Below, one piece after another: positions 1 to 12,762 of a stretch of DNA of 64,000 bases. The notes under the pieces are model-generated. The model did not search any database. It worked only from the letters and a program-made list of their open reading frames with translations, and was not told the origin of the DNA. The stretch comes from Camelus ferus. Lineage: Eukaryota. Position 1 is the stretch's first letter. The number at the start of each line of letters is the position of its first letter. Where the stretch lies: the NCBI RefSeq assembly GCF_009834535.1, contig NC_045697.1, forward strand, positions 5,706,001-5,770,000. Direction: 5' to 3'. A program made the position numbers and the translations under genes.

Positions 1-59
1 AATAAATTTAGTAATGACATTTATATATTTAATGTCAAACAGAATAAGTTTGTGTTTTA

Positions 60-1858
60 TTTTTAAATTGGTTTCTCTTTTCAGTTATGTCATTAACTGG
101 CTCTTTTGCTTAACCAGTTTTTTTTTTTTTAGATTTATCCATGTTATGTTTATGCATAATTTTTTCTTCCTTATGAATGAATAGTATCGCAGTGCATGAA
201 TTTACCGTAGTTGTTTTATCCGGTCTCCTGTTGGTGGACATTTGGGTTGTTCCCACTGTCTGGCTGTTCTGGATAAAGATGCCGTGAACATTCCTAGACA
301 GACTTTTGTGTGGATTTATCTTTCCATTTTCTTGGGTAAACACCTAAAGGTGGAGTTGCTAGGTCAGGGTGGAGGTGTTTTTTAAGCTAAGAAACTGCCT
401 GAAGTTTTCCGAAGTGGCTGTGCTGTTTACAGCCTTGTCAGCTTGTGCGGAAGCTCCTGGTGCTCCACGCTTCACCGAGGTTTGAGGTTGGTGATGTTTT
501 TACCTGTTGTAGTGGGTGCGTCGCAGTGCGCCACTGCGGGTTTATTTACCCAGTGCTGCTGGACGCCTTCCCGTTCATACATTTCCTTCTGTGAGATGTC
601 TGGTAAGTCTTTACACTTGACCTGGTTGTTTATCTTTTTCTGTTGACTTGTATCGGAATTCTTTGTGTACCCTGCATACAAATTCCTTGTCGGGTATTTG
701 CTGCAAATACGTTTTCCTGTTCTGTGGCTTGTCTATTCATTTTCTTAAAGGTGTCTTTTGATGAACAGAAACCCCTAATTTTGAGGAAGTCCAGTCTACC
801 CCAAGGGAGCCAAGATACTCTTTTTTGTTTTCTTCTAGAATCTAGATTTTATGTTCAGGCCTAGCATCTATCTCGGGTTAGTTTTTTGATACAATGAGAT
901 GAGGCTGAGGTTCATTTTATCCATGTAAGTATCCACTTATTCCAGCAATATTTGGACTTCCTTTTCCTAGTTAAATTGACCTGGCATTCCGTCAAAAATC
1001 TCTCAGCCCTGCATATATACCTGTTTCTGGATTCTCTGTGCATATCGTTGACCAGACTGTTCTTAATCCAGTACCTCACCGTCTTGATTCCCGTGGCTTT
1101 GTAGTAAGTCTTAAAGTCAGCTAGTGTAAGCCCACCAGATTTCTGCTTTCTCAGTGTTAGTTTTGCTGTTCTAGATCCTTAGTATATTTCCATGTACATT
1201 TTAGAATCGGCTTGTCAGTTTCTTCAGGAAACCTGTTTGGATTTTCATAGGGATTATGTCGAATCTATGTGTAAATTTAAAGAGAACAGATATCTTAATA
1301 TCTGTCCACAAACATGGTTTATTTTCATTTATTTATTTCTACCTTTATTTTTAAATTTTTTTCTCAGCAATATTTTGTCATTTTCAGTGTAGAAGTGTTG
1401 TTCATCTTTTGATAGATTTATTCCTAGATTTTTTTAAAGCCTCTTTTAAGCGGTACTGTTTTATTAATATTATTTTTCAGTTTCTCATTGCTAGTGTATA
1501 GAAGTACAATTGATTTTTGCATTTGCAAAATACTTTGTGTCTTGCAACATTAATTAATTGACATATTAGTTCTAGTAACTTTTTGTAAATTCTGTAATTT
1601 TTACATAAACAGTAATGCCATGCATAAATAACAGTAGTTCTATTTTTTAATCTTTATGCCTTTTATTTCTTTTTCTTGCTTTTTTGAGTTGCCTAGGACC
1701 TGGGCCTCTAGTACCATGTTGAATAGAAGTGGTTGGAATGGACATCCTTGCCTTGTTCCTGATGAAGGGGCAAGGATTTGTTGTTTCGCATTAAGTGTCA
1801 TGTTAGTTGTAGACATTCTGTAGCTCTTTATCAGGTTATGATATTCAAGTTCCCTTTT
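60..1858 (-). mobile_element. Old LINE-1 fragment (ORF2 3' part/3' UTR), antisense; resumes at about 2465-2590 after an LTR insertion
   Basis: T-rich sequence with typical antisense L1 phrases (ggacatttgggttgtt, ttgatgaacagaa, ggacatccttgccttgttcctga). The L1 text breaks at aagttccctttt and resumes as ccttctaatcctagcttgctga. Boundaries are approximate. Confidence 0.8.
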
Positions 1859-2464
1859 TGTCGGGGGCTCCCTAGACTGCCCTCAGGCTTCGTTATTTGC
1901 TAGAAGGACTCACAGAACTCGGAAAAGCTGTTATGCTCATGCTGTGGTATCACAGTGAAAAGATGCAGATTAAAGTCAACAAAGGTCAAAGGCACATAAG
2001 GCAAAGTCCAGCGGAAACCAGGTGCAAGCTTCCAGCTGCCCTCTCCCAGTGGCATAGCACGGACAGGGCTTAACCTCCCAGCAGTGAGAACGTGTGACAT
2101 GGGACAGCTTGTACAGAGTACTTGTCAACCAGGGAAGCTCACTGGAGCCTTAGCATCTCGTATTTTCATTGGGGGTCAGTCATGTATGCACGGGGTACCC
2201 AGCAGTTGACCTTAGTTACTCAATCTCCAGTCTCTCCAGAGGTCAGGCTCGTAGAGCTTGGTCCAAGGCCCCGTCACAGATCGCATTGTTAGCATAAACT
2301 GTCTCGTGTGGGCCTTGGCCCCAGGTGTACAGAAACACTCGTTATCGTGCAGGGTGTTCCAAGAGCTTGGTGGTCATCTCCCAGGAACTGATCCAGGGCC
2401 AGTTTCTTTGTCATATGTAGAATTGGAACACCCTAGACCTGCCGAGTCAACCCTTTCCTGCACA
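1859..2464 (-). mobile_element. ERVL-type solo LTR (MER21/MER68/MER77-like) inserted into L1
   Basis: TG...CA termini; contains ctagaaggactcacagaactc and caaccagggaagctcac, which I recall from this LTR group; interrupts colinear L1 sequence. Subfamily uncertain. Confidence 0.65.
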
Positions 2465-3521
2465 CCTTCTAATCCTAGCTTGCTGAAAGTTTTTATAATG
2501 AAGGAATCTTGAATATTTCAAATGCTTTTTCTGTATCTGATGAGGTGATCATGTGGTTTTCATCCTTTCTGGTAATGTGGTGTGGTTAGAATGTTCATAG
2601 TGCCACATGGATTCCAATACAAGGCTCATTGTTTCAGAACCAATATTTTTCCTCTTATTAGCCACTTATTGACAATTATAAAGCACCCATTCATTCCACC
2701 TGTATTTACTAAACACTGAATGCCACGCACTCAGCTGGGACCTAGGGCCACAGAGCATACACAACTTATGAAGTCAAGGCCCCCGCTCTCAGAGTGAGCG
2801 CTCCAGCGGAGCAAGGCAGACGGTAAACAAGTTAACTAGCGAGATCATTCCAGACCGTGGTGACTGCCGTTAGGAAGACGAGCAGGCGCTGTGGTGGAGA
2901 AGGCCTGTGTGAGGTGGGAGAGTCGGAGACGGGGGTGGGCCTCTGTGAGCGGGTGAGATTGCACCTGGCCCTGAAGGTGGAAGAGAACACAAGGCGGTGG
3001 GGGGAGCCCCGGGGCAGGTGCCAAGTGCTGAGGCTTAGGACCTGAGACAAGGCCCTGCCATCAGTGGGTATTTAGAGCCTTGTGCTTTTACAGGTCAGTT
3101 TTTTAAGATAGGACTCATATATCACATATATGACATAACACATGCATGTGTATGTTCAGCGACACTTCTCCATTGGGGTAAAACAACCAGCTTCTTGGAT
3201 TTGTTGAACCTGGAATAGTTGGCCTCGCTGCCGATGGGTAGGGAGTGGTGTCAGCAGGTAGGGGGGTCCTGTGTCCTTTCCTGCAGCCTGCAGCCTGTGC
3301 TCCCTCGCCATGTGCTTTGGTGTAGGGTGTGCAGTCCGCCTTGTAGTAAGTGCCCGCAGGAGGTGAGTGGGGTGGTCACTGGGCCCAGAGACAGCAGCTC
3401 TGCTCTGCAGTGGCACAGCAGGCTCGGAACAGGCGTGCGGGGTCACGTGTGCCTCCTTCTGCTTTCAGACAGAATCCTGTTGTGTAAGTAAATTATATGT
3501 CTACTGGTTTTTGCTCTTCAG

Positions 3522-3637
3522 ATCTAAGCTGGAACCAGAACCAAATACAAAACCAAGAGAATCCATGTCTTCTGAGAAAGTTTCACAGACTCTTTCAAAG
3601 GACTCTGAAGAAAAACCTGTCACTGAAGAATATCCAG
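3522..3637 (+). CDS. STX18: Syntaxin-18 internal coding exon (exon 6 by human numbering), SKLEPEPNTKPRESMSSEKVSQTLSKDSEEKPVTEEYP
   Basis: ttgctcttcag acceptor, CCAG|gtatga donor, 116 nt. The peptide matches the recalled STX18 linker region and is in phase with the next exon. Confidence 0.95.
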
Positions 3638-4104
3638 GTATGAATTAAAATCAAAATCTCGCCTGTCTCTCTTCCTTATGACATGTTGGCAAAAACATAA
3701 AGCAGAAAAAAAAGGAACCTGGCCCCAGACATCTCATGGTGTTTGTATTTGCATAAGCAAAGGAAACACGGAAGAGGGAGCCGTTTTTGGTTACAGCTGG
3801 ATCCTAATGACTGCTGCTGGGGCAGGGTGGGAGGATCCCTGGCACCTGGGAGCCCTTGAGCCAGCAAGGTCCAGAGAAAGCACCTGGGCCACCGTGCACA
3901 CTGGGGGGGGTGCTATCTCCCCTGCGCCCCTGCGGGGCACCGTCCCGGTGATCTTGGTGCACTGTCAGCACTGGCTTGCGTGGGCCTGACCATCCTGCCT
4001 CGGGGTGGAGCACGTAATTTCAGCAGCCTTCATCAGCCAACTGAGTGAACAGGACAGAGCGCAAGTCTGGGTTCCACTGTTTCCTGTCTTTGTGTGTGCT
4101 AGCT

Positions 4105-4830
4105 GGCCCAACTTCAAAACTTACTACAAAGCAACAACAATCAGGACAGTGTGGTGCCGACACAAGGATGGACATATGGATCAATGGATTAGAATTGGGA
4201 ATCCAGAAATAAATCAAGTGGCTCTGGTCAGCTGATTTCCAACAAGGGTGCCAAGACCATTCAGTGGATATCCACATGCAAAAGAATGAGGCGTGACACT
4301 CAAGTCACACCATGTATAAAAAGTAACTCAGAATAGACCGAAGGCCTACACAGAGCTAAAACCCTAAAACTTACAAGAAAACATGGGGCTAAATCTGCCT
4401 GGCCTCAGACTGACAAGGCTATGACAACAAAACACAAGCAACAATTAGGTAAACCAGCCCTCATCAAAATTAAAAGCTTTTGTGCTTTTCTTGTTAAAGA
4501 AAGAAAGTGAAAAAACCCACAGAATGGGAGAAAATATTTGAAAATCATATCTGACCAGGGATCTGTATCTAGAACATAGAACTTTCACAACTCTGTAATA
4601 AAATGATAACCTAATTTTTAAATGGACAGAAGGGCTGAGTAGAAATTTCTCCAAGGAAAATACACAGACGGCCCATGAGCACAGGACACGACGCACAGCA
4701 TCCTTGGTCATCAGGGCGAGGCAGATCCAAACAGCAGCGAGTGAGGTTTCACTCCACACCTACCAGGATGGCTGGAGTGAAGGGGCAGATAATAACCAGT
4801 GTCTGCAGGATGTGGGAAATCAGAACTGTC
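4105..4830 (+). mobile_element. LINE-1 ORF2 3' fragment
   Basis: aacttcaaaacttactacaaagc...acagtgtggt (NFKTYYKA motif), caacaagggtgccaagaccattca, atcatatctga. Boundaries are approximate. Confidence 0.8.
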
Positions 4831-4939
4831 ACCGGGTAAAAGCTCTCCAGGCAGGGGGACCGGCCAGTGAGAAGGTCTAGGAGGGAGATGAGCTTGGTAT
4901 ATTTAAACACACGTGCACACACCTGCACATACACAGACA

Positions 4940-5620
4940 CTTGCAGAGGGAGGCACCAGTGAGAATGGTACAGGGAGAGGTGAGAGATGGAGGTGGGGGC
5001 CTTGATCACCCAGGGCCTCAGCAGCTGTGGTAAAGGTCTGGCTTTGAGTCTATGTGTAGTGAGAAGCCCCTGGAGGTCTTTAAGCTGAGAGTGACGAGGC
5101 CTGGTTCACATTTTAAAACCTCTCCTGACTACCGTGTGGAGTTGGAGTGAGAAGAAAGTGGAACCAAGTAGACTTGTTGGGAATCTACTGCAGGAGGCCG
5201 GATGCAGCCAGGTGAGGTGTCTCACCTGAGGGAGGCAGCGGTGGAGGCCGAGGTGGCCACGGAGAGAAGGGCCCAACCTCCGGCCGTACTCAGGAACTGT
5301 AGATTCCCAGCAGGTGGGACATGAGATGTGAGGGACAGAGAGCAATCAGGGGTGACTTCTAGGTTCAGGCTTGAGCACCTGGGCAAACTGGGATGAGGAA
5401 GGCGGGAGAGAGACCAGGTTGGCAGCAGGGCTGGGGGGAGCGGGCCGGGAGCAGAATCAAAGTTCTGGTTACACAGGTGAAATCTGAGATGCCTGTTGGA
5501 TTTTCAGGTGAAAACAGTGAGTCTGTTGTTGACGTGAGCCTAGAGCTCAGGGAATAACTCGGGGCCAGAGGTGTGTGGGAGTCCTAGGAAATAATAGGCA
5601 GGTTAGAGGCACCGGCCTGA
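4940..5620 (-). mobile_element. LINE-2 remnant
   Basis: Purine-rich degenerate L2-antisense phrases (ttcacattttaaaa...ctgactaccgtgtggag, aaatctgagatgcctgttgga). Similar remnants lie at about 2690-3050 and 9350-9760. Confidence 0.55.
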
Positions 5621-8240
5621 GGCGTCACCTAAGGGGAGCATGTTGGAGGCAGGGTGGGGGGCGGGAGAAGCCTCTGTGGCGCTGCCCTGTTTTCCAGGGC
5701 CTTTGACATTTCGTCTCTGTCCCCACCTCGATGCTGGCGGGTAGATCCCGTTCCCCACACCCAGCTGATCCCTCTTAGGGGTCATGTATCTGCCCTTTCC
5801 TCCATGCCTGCTGGAAGACAGCCTCTTCCTGTCCGTGGACATTTTGCTAAGGTTATCTACGGTTGGCAGAAGGATTTATAAAACCTGGGCTGTTTGGTTA
5901 TCCTTTTGCTTAGGTTTTCAGTTTTTTCATTTCGCTTTTGAAACATGAGGTGTAACTTAGACAAAAAGACTTTAGGACTAAGGGGCAAAGTTCTAGGCGG
6001 AGGGCGGGTTCTTGCTTGTCATGCTCGTGTTTCCTGAAAGAGGCACTGGTCGTGTTGCTTTTTCATTTAATCAGCACAGTAGAGCGCCTCTGAGGTCAAA
6101 GCTGACCTGTGCACATCCGACGCTTAGGTCTTCCTCCATATTCTTGCTCAGCCAGGTGAGGTCTTTGTGGACCCATTTATAATCTGTTTCCTGACGTTGG
6201 TTTCTGCGAAGACAGGTGTGGCTGTTTATACTTCCTGCACTTCTCAAGCGAGCCGTGGGTCCTGGCCTCGGAGAGCTCACAGTCGACAGGGAAGATGAGA
6301 CTCCCGCCCCGGAGAAAGCGAGTGGTGCCGTCAGAGGGGGCACCCGTGGGAAGGACAGTCACTCAGAGGGTCAGGGGACTTCAGGAGGAGGTGGCCCTGA
6401 GAAACGAGTCTGGACCTGAAAACATGGAAGCTTAGAATGTTCTAGGCAGAGGGAACAGCATGAGTAAATGCTCAGAAGCCAGAGAGCCTGGGCGAGACAT
6501 GGAATGTAGTCAGGAAAGAAAGGACTTCTGGGTCAGTAAAACTCACAGGCGAGGAGGGGTGGGCCTTAAAGGTGGGTGGGCCATACCGTACAGGCGGCCT
6601 TGAGTGCAGGACCAGGGAGTCTGGGCCCGGGTCTCTTGACCCCGCGGCGCGCAGGAGGTCTGGGCGGAGCACTGGTGTGGGAGCGCGCGCTGCAGGCTGA
6701 TCCTTACGGCTGCAGGTCAGGATGGCTCCAGGTCAGGATGGTTCCAGATGGCGAGTGAGCATGTGTCCTCTTAACAGGCTTTCTGTTCTAGCTCAGAGCT
6801 CGTTTGTGCTTGCTTCCGATGTGGTGTTTCTGTATTGCTAATTTGGTGTTCTTACCCTTGAAAAACATAAAAGTGAAGACTTGAGGTGGATACCATAATG
6901 AGGTCAAGTAGGAGACAGAGGGCTGGGAGGAGGTGAGTGACAAGTGCAGATGTTCCTACCTGAAGAAGGTTGTCAGGAAAGCACCTCATCAGCCTCTAAA
7001 GATGCTTTCAGCCTGTCTTTTATAAATACGTCTTTCATATCAAAATTATGTATGACATTTATATGTGCTGTATTTATTATATCTAAATTATATATAAATG
7101 TGTCTTTTATAAATATGACAGTTCTGACAAAAACAGCCATCTTTTAAAAACTTGCACAAAGTCGTGGGATGACATGGAGTTTTTCCGTGATGATGTATCC
7201 AGAGTAATGACCATCCCTGGAGCACAGGGCCTGCCTAGCCTGCTTTCTCTGAACTGGCACTGTCGTTATGTTCTTTTCCCTTACACATCTCAAAACAAAA
7301 ACTCTGGACTTCTGTACATCTCATGGAGCTGAGAGCAACTATGGGGAATGTACTGAGTTTGAGGAAGAGAGGAAAAAGGAGTCGTGTTTGCCTTTGAGTG
7401 CTTGGCAAGTCACTGACAAGCCCAGAGGCACTGCCGAGACACCAGACACAAAGTCACCTGTAGAAAGAGCGGCCCCCTGCCTTCCACCCACCCCCTGCTC
7501 CCAGCCCCCCAGCGATGAGCCGTGCGGGCCTCTAACACAGCCCTGGGCGGCGCAGCCCCTTCCGGGTCCAGCCTGTGTTTATGTGCTCATGGTCAAAGAG
7601 TTCCTAGGTTAAAATGCTCACTCCCCGCCAGTCAGCAGTCCGTGCCCAGGTTCCTGTCCTGGACTGCACCAGAACGCTCCCAGCATGGACCAGCGCGCGG
7701 ACCTTTGTACTAGCAGAAGATCCAAAACAACCAAGGGCTTATCAGTGGAGTTAGGTTACATAAAGAGTTCCTTTCAGTGGGATGTTGTGCCTCAATTTAA
7801 AAGAATGAGGTAGACTTATGTGGAGTGACGTAGGATAATCACCAAGATGCACTGTTAAGTTATAAGAAGCAAGTTTTAGAATGTTACTGTTGATATCTTT
7901 GTGAAAAGCACACTACCACACACACAAAACTGTACGTTATTTCTAGGCCGAGGTTGGGGGTGGGCAGAGGATTGTCCATTTGGTTTGTGACCTTTGCTGA
8001 GATCGTGGCAGTACTGAAACTGCATAGGCCCTCTACCCTGCACGCATGTGCGCGCGTGCGCACACACGGGTCTAAACATTGTAAGGAATCGTGCTGCGGT
8101 GCCTGAATGTTGACCAACAGTGATGGACAGAGCTCTGTGATTCCATTACATCTCATGTTTCTAAACATGCCTGCATCCTAAGCCAACATTCTAAAGTGAA
8201 TATTTTGCCTTCTGTCTGTTTTCAATTTTTTTTTTAACAG

Positions 8241-8329
8241 AAAAAATTCCGGCTGAAACACAGCCTGGACTGGGAACCTGGGGAGATGGCAAAGGCGAAG
8301 ATGAATTATCCCCAGAAGAAATACAAATG
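8241..8329 (+). CDS. STX18: STX18 coding exon (exon 7), EKIPAETQPGLGTWGDGKGEDELSPEEIQM
   Basis: Poly-T tract plus taacag acceptor, ATG|gtaatg donor, 89 nt, phase-compatible. Recognised STX18 peptide. Confidence 0.96.
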
Positions 8330-11300
8330 GTAATGCTTCTCTCTGCCTAGTCATGTATTTTTAACTAGTTTCAGTAAGAATAGTTCATTGAGTAAGAGGC
8401 CATCCTAAATGCCCTTGCCGTAACTTCTATACAGAGTCTTAAAAGTTATAAATAAGTATTTTAGGTACAATTATCCACTTGATTTCCTAATTTTTAGTAT
8501 GCTTTTCATACATCTTAAATTTGCAGTAGCATAATTAAAGAAGAAATTGCCTTGGAGTAATTTTACTAATATTAGATGTCTTTTCAGCAGCAGTAAAACA
8601 GTCTTCTGTTCTAAATGGGTCTTTTATAATTGCTTCTGTGGTGCTTTTTAATTGTTTGAACCTCTGGTGTGTGGTAATGTGAAGAAGGCGTAAATAATGA
8701 CTGAAAAATGAAAAGAGTAACCACCTTAACTGCCAGTATCACCTCCTTTTAGTTACCTCTCCCTTGGTTGCCAATTTTAGTGTATCATCTCTGGGTGAAT
8801 TTCAAAAGGAAAGTGACCAATTTGGCCAGACCCCTGCGCATTTGTTTCCGGCAGGGTCCGTGTACAGCTCAGAGCTGGCCTGGCTGAGCTCTGTGTGTTT
8901 TCTGCTCAGCACTGCTTCACAAACATTTGTTCACCAGATGAGCAGTTTCCCCTTAAGATCATCACTTTAAGAGCGTGAAGCTGATTCCAGTGACGATGCT
9001 GTTGGCTGTGACTTGGGGCTTGCTTTGGGGGGTGCTCCCTCAGAGCCTCTAGGACTACCTTTGGAACAAGAAGCAGAGCTGTCTGTTCCTTGATAGACAA
9101 ACATAATTCTGAGCTCAGGAATAGCTCAGACACTGTAAAGCAGCCTGCCAGGCTCCTGCCTTCCTCCCCAGCTTCTTTCATGGCCCAGAATGCACCCCTG
9201 CCTTGGAGCACATGCTCAGCGCTCACCAACCCAGCAGGTGTGTGACCCGGAGCCCCGCGCTGTGGAGGGTGCGGAGGAGGACGGCAGTACGACCCCAGCC
9301 AGCCACTGTCACGGCGCAGTCCAGCTGAGAGAGGATGAAGAGGGCGTTGGCCAGGGAGCAGGAGTGAGGACAGAGAGGAGAGAGATGCTGGGGGAGTGGA
9401 CTGGACTTGGTGATCGTTGAGGGCAGTAGGGCGTGTGAGGAAGTGAGGGGGTGGGAAAGAAGCTGGGTGGGGCTTTCTAACTTGTGAAAACAGAACAACG
9501 GCAGTCAGGGGAAGGCTGGGCAGGCGATGGTCCTCCCATCAGGGACAGGTGTGAGGTGTGGGGCCTGGGGGACATCTGTGGGAGGTGCCTGGTGGGCAGT
9601 GGGATCCCAGGCTTGAGTCTCGGGCTAGAGACGTGACTGTGGGAGACATCTCACTGCAGGTGTTGGAAACAGCGTGTACCAGGGAGAGAAAGGCAAAGGA
9701 CATCCCCAGGGGGACACAATGCTGGAGGGCAGGCCAAGGCGGAGAAGCCAACAGACTGAAGAACAGTTTGACCGTGCTCTGTTAGAGCCAAGTCATGGCC
9801 AAATCTCATAGTTTTCCTTCAATTTATACAAAGTAACTTTATGAATGTGGTCACATGACCACAGATCTTTGCTAGAGATAAAAATATGTGAAGCACTGTC
9901 TCTTCAGTAAGAAAGAATGCATTTGTATTTAGGCAGAACTTAGCTTCTGTTTAGGGCTTTTTAAAAATACACTGCACCACTTGAGAAAGGAAGCAGCTAC
10001 AAGAACAGCAGCCTCCGTTGCTCGCCAGGGAGCCGCCTGGCCCCTGCAGGCGGGGGTGGGCAGCAGCAGCTTGTGCACGTTGCAGCCGTGCGCTTGGAAG
10101 CTGCTGGGTGCGTGGGGGCTGCACGGGGAGGCGGGCGGGAAGGAGATCCCATCAGCTGCTGCTCGGCCCCAGGAGAGATGGTGCGAGAGCATGGGCTCTG
10201 GGACTTGACAGAGTTGGATCTGAATCCTCTTTACATCACCTCCTGTCTGTGTAATTTGGGGGCGGGAAAATGAACCCCACTGAACTTCAGTTTGGTAAGA
10301 CTCACCCACCCGCCATGGGCTGCCGGGAACGCGGTCACGTACGTACGAGCGCCCAGCAGAGTGCAGGGCCCACGGCGGCTGCTCTGCTAGCGGCTCCTCA
10401 GAGCAGGACAGGGCTGCTGTGCCCGCGCGGAACGGCGTTCGCTGTGTGTGTTTGGAATGTGATTTAGCTGATGCCCGTGAAAAACATGTGTTCGAAGGCT
10501 CTTCTCTCCGTAATGACTGTGGCTGCCCTAAGCCTCCATTTCATCGTACTGTCCTAACTGGAGCACCGCCTGAGAACACGCCAGTGACCACTCCAAATAA
10601 TGTGAGCTAGTTCGGTGTCACAATATCAGTGACTAAAGCAGTCAGAATCAGCAGGACCTCCCTAAGTTATACTGGGTTACTGCAAGTGGACTGGGCAGAA
10701 GGCTGCATTGTTCAGTACTTTTATGACAAGCAAATTGATGTTCAGGTAACTTCTTTCTTAATTGGGACTAATAAATAAGTCCCATATCTTACAGTCTGAC
10801 TAACCCAAATCTTATTTAAAAGGCTCAATCCTGAAAATGAAGAGAGAGACATGCCACACCATTGGTTTTAAATTGGGAAGTATTATAGAAAATTGTGGTC
10901 ATAATTCATAACCATGGCGTTGGAATTTTTCCTCAGGGTAAAATAATGAATTAAGCCCTATAATAGCAATTTAATTCATTATTTCACCCAAAGGAGCAGT
11001 TGTTACACTTTCCAAAATGGCTACAGAGTAGTATATAATTTGCACAATACATTTCCACTCATCCCTGTTGATACAGGTATATCCATGCCTTTGAGTTAAT
11101 ATAAGCAGATGTTTTGTGGTCAGGCTGAGTGCAACAGAATGGTTTGTGATGTTACGCAGAGAAAATACCTCCTTTCTGAGCCCACGTTCATTTTACTTAC
11201 CTCAGTGAAGTCACTGCACTTACTGATGTATTCCTTGGGGTAATTTTTAAAGACATGAATGTGACTTCTGTTCTTTAATTAGCATAAAAAGTGTCCTTAA

Positions 11301-12264
11301 CCCTTGTCCCCTTAACCCAATCCCCAGGTGGCTGGTTGGCAGGGCTTATGGTCTGTGGCCAAGCATAGCTTACTCATTGAAAACACAAGAATTGTTGATA
11401 GGATTTGAGCACCACCCGGGTGAAAGCTGGGGAGGGTCACAGGGCACAGCTGGGGTCAGGGGAGGGTCACAGGGCCAAGGGTGTGAAGGTGTTTGGCACA
11501 GATAAGGCGTGTCTTGAAGAGCCCAGGGGGGTTGGGCAGTGGGCTCCTGAGCCAAGGGTGTGGGCTGGTTTCTAGGCTGAGCCCCCTGTGGGTTCAGGCC
11601 CCGGTGGGCACATAGTCTTGATTCAGTGAACTGCTCTCAGGTCTTTGCAGACACTTCTCCTGGCCTCACTTTAACTCAAAGGCCTTTGTAGGAGTGACTT
11701 TCTTTTTAAAACTATAGTGAAGAGGATTAGATTAGAACAGGATTTCTGTAACAGTGTATTCACAGTGTGGAGCCGTATCCTTTAAACAAGATTATAAACC
11801 CTTCTGGGGGGCCCTGTTGGAAAGTCTGACTGACTTCAAATTGAATAAGGCAGTTAAATCATATCGCCTAACATGCATGTAACACTGTGCGCCCAATGCC
11901 GCTCTGAGCACTTGAGCATTTATTAATTTATGCTGCCTCATTGTGGTAGGGACTGTGGCTGGCCCCATTTTACAGAAAATGCCCAAGTCCTGGACTCTCA
12001 GCCATGATGCCTACCACTCTTGTCGGGGGGTGGGAGGGTTGCTGGGGGCATCGGTCTGCACTGAGGGAGAACACTGAATTTTGGTGTGAAACCCAAACAG
12101 TGTAGAGTGAAACGGGCCACGGAGGGAGCCCAGCAGGATAGGCAGCTGCTGTCATGCTTGTCCGGTCCTACCTGCCCGCCTTCCCCATCATCCAGGCCCC
12201 TTGTCCCCCTTTCAGTGACTCTGAGAGATGAAGACGGCAGGTTTGTCTTCCCTGGGCCTCGGGT

Positions 12265-12285
12265 AGCCCTGTCCTTGGTGCTGAT
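12265..12285 (-). promoter_or_regulatory. Candidate RE1/NRSE (REST binding site)
   Basis: Minus strand ATCAGCACCAAGGACAGGGCT versus consensus TTCAGCACCACGGACAGCGCC: 17/21, with both cores (TCAGCACC and GGACAG) intact and the canonical spacer. Confidence 0.7.
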
Positions 12286-12762
12286 CTTGGAGACCCGGCC
12301 ACAGTCAGCACTGCTCCAGGGGAGGCCCCTGCCTGTGTGAGCTGCTAGCGAGCCCCAGGGGGCGCTGTGTGTGCACGTTTCTCATGCTTTGAGAGTGAAG
12401 TGACCAGGAGTCTCAGTGGCCCACTAGAATTTAAAACCAGGGCGGGGAAAGGGGCCTTCAAAGCATTTAATGACTATTTTGAATCCAGACTCTATGTCCC
12501 AAAGAGACTAACAAGCAGCTTACGTGTGTTTGTATATGTCTTCCTCCTCACAACTCTATTAAGTACTACAGTTATTCTCAGTTTACTGATGAAGACAGAA
12601 GCACAGAGAGGTTAAGTTATCTGCCCAAGCGCATACAGCTTAGCAGATGAAGGAGCTGTCGCTCCCCACCTTCAGGAGCAGGCAGGAAAGGATAAGAATC
12701 ACCAACCACATCTGTTCACAAGGAGAAACTGACAGGCCACACAGAAGGCTCATGACTAGTCC

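Noticed and set aside
11429..11475. 17-bp direct repeat GGGGAGGGTCACAGGGC with 30-bp period
   Set aside because: Only two copies of low-complexity G-rich sequence; no array or CRISPR-like structure.
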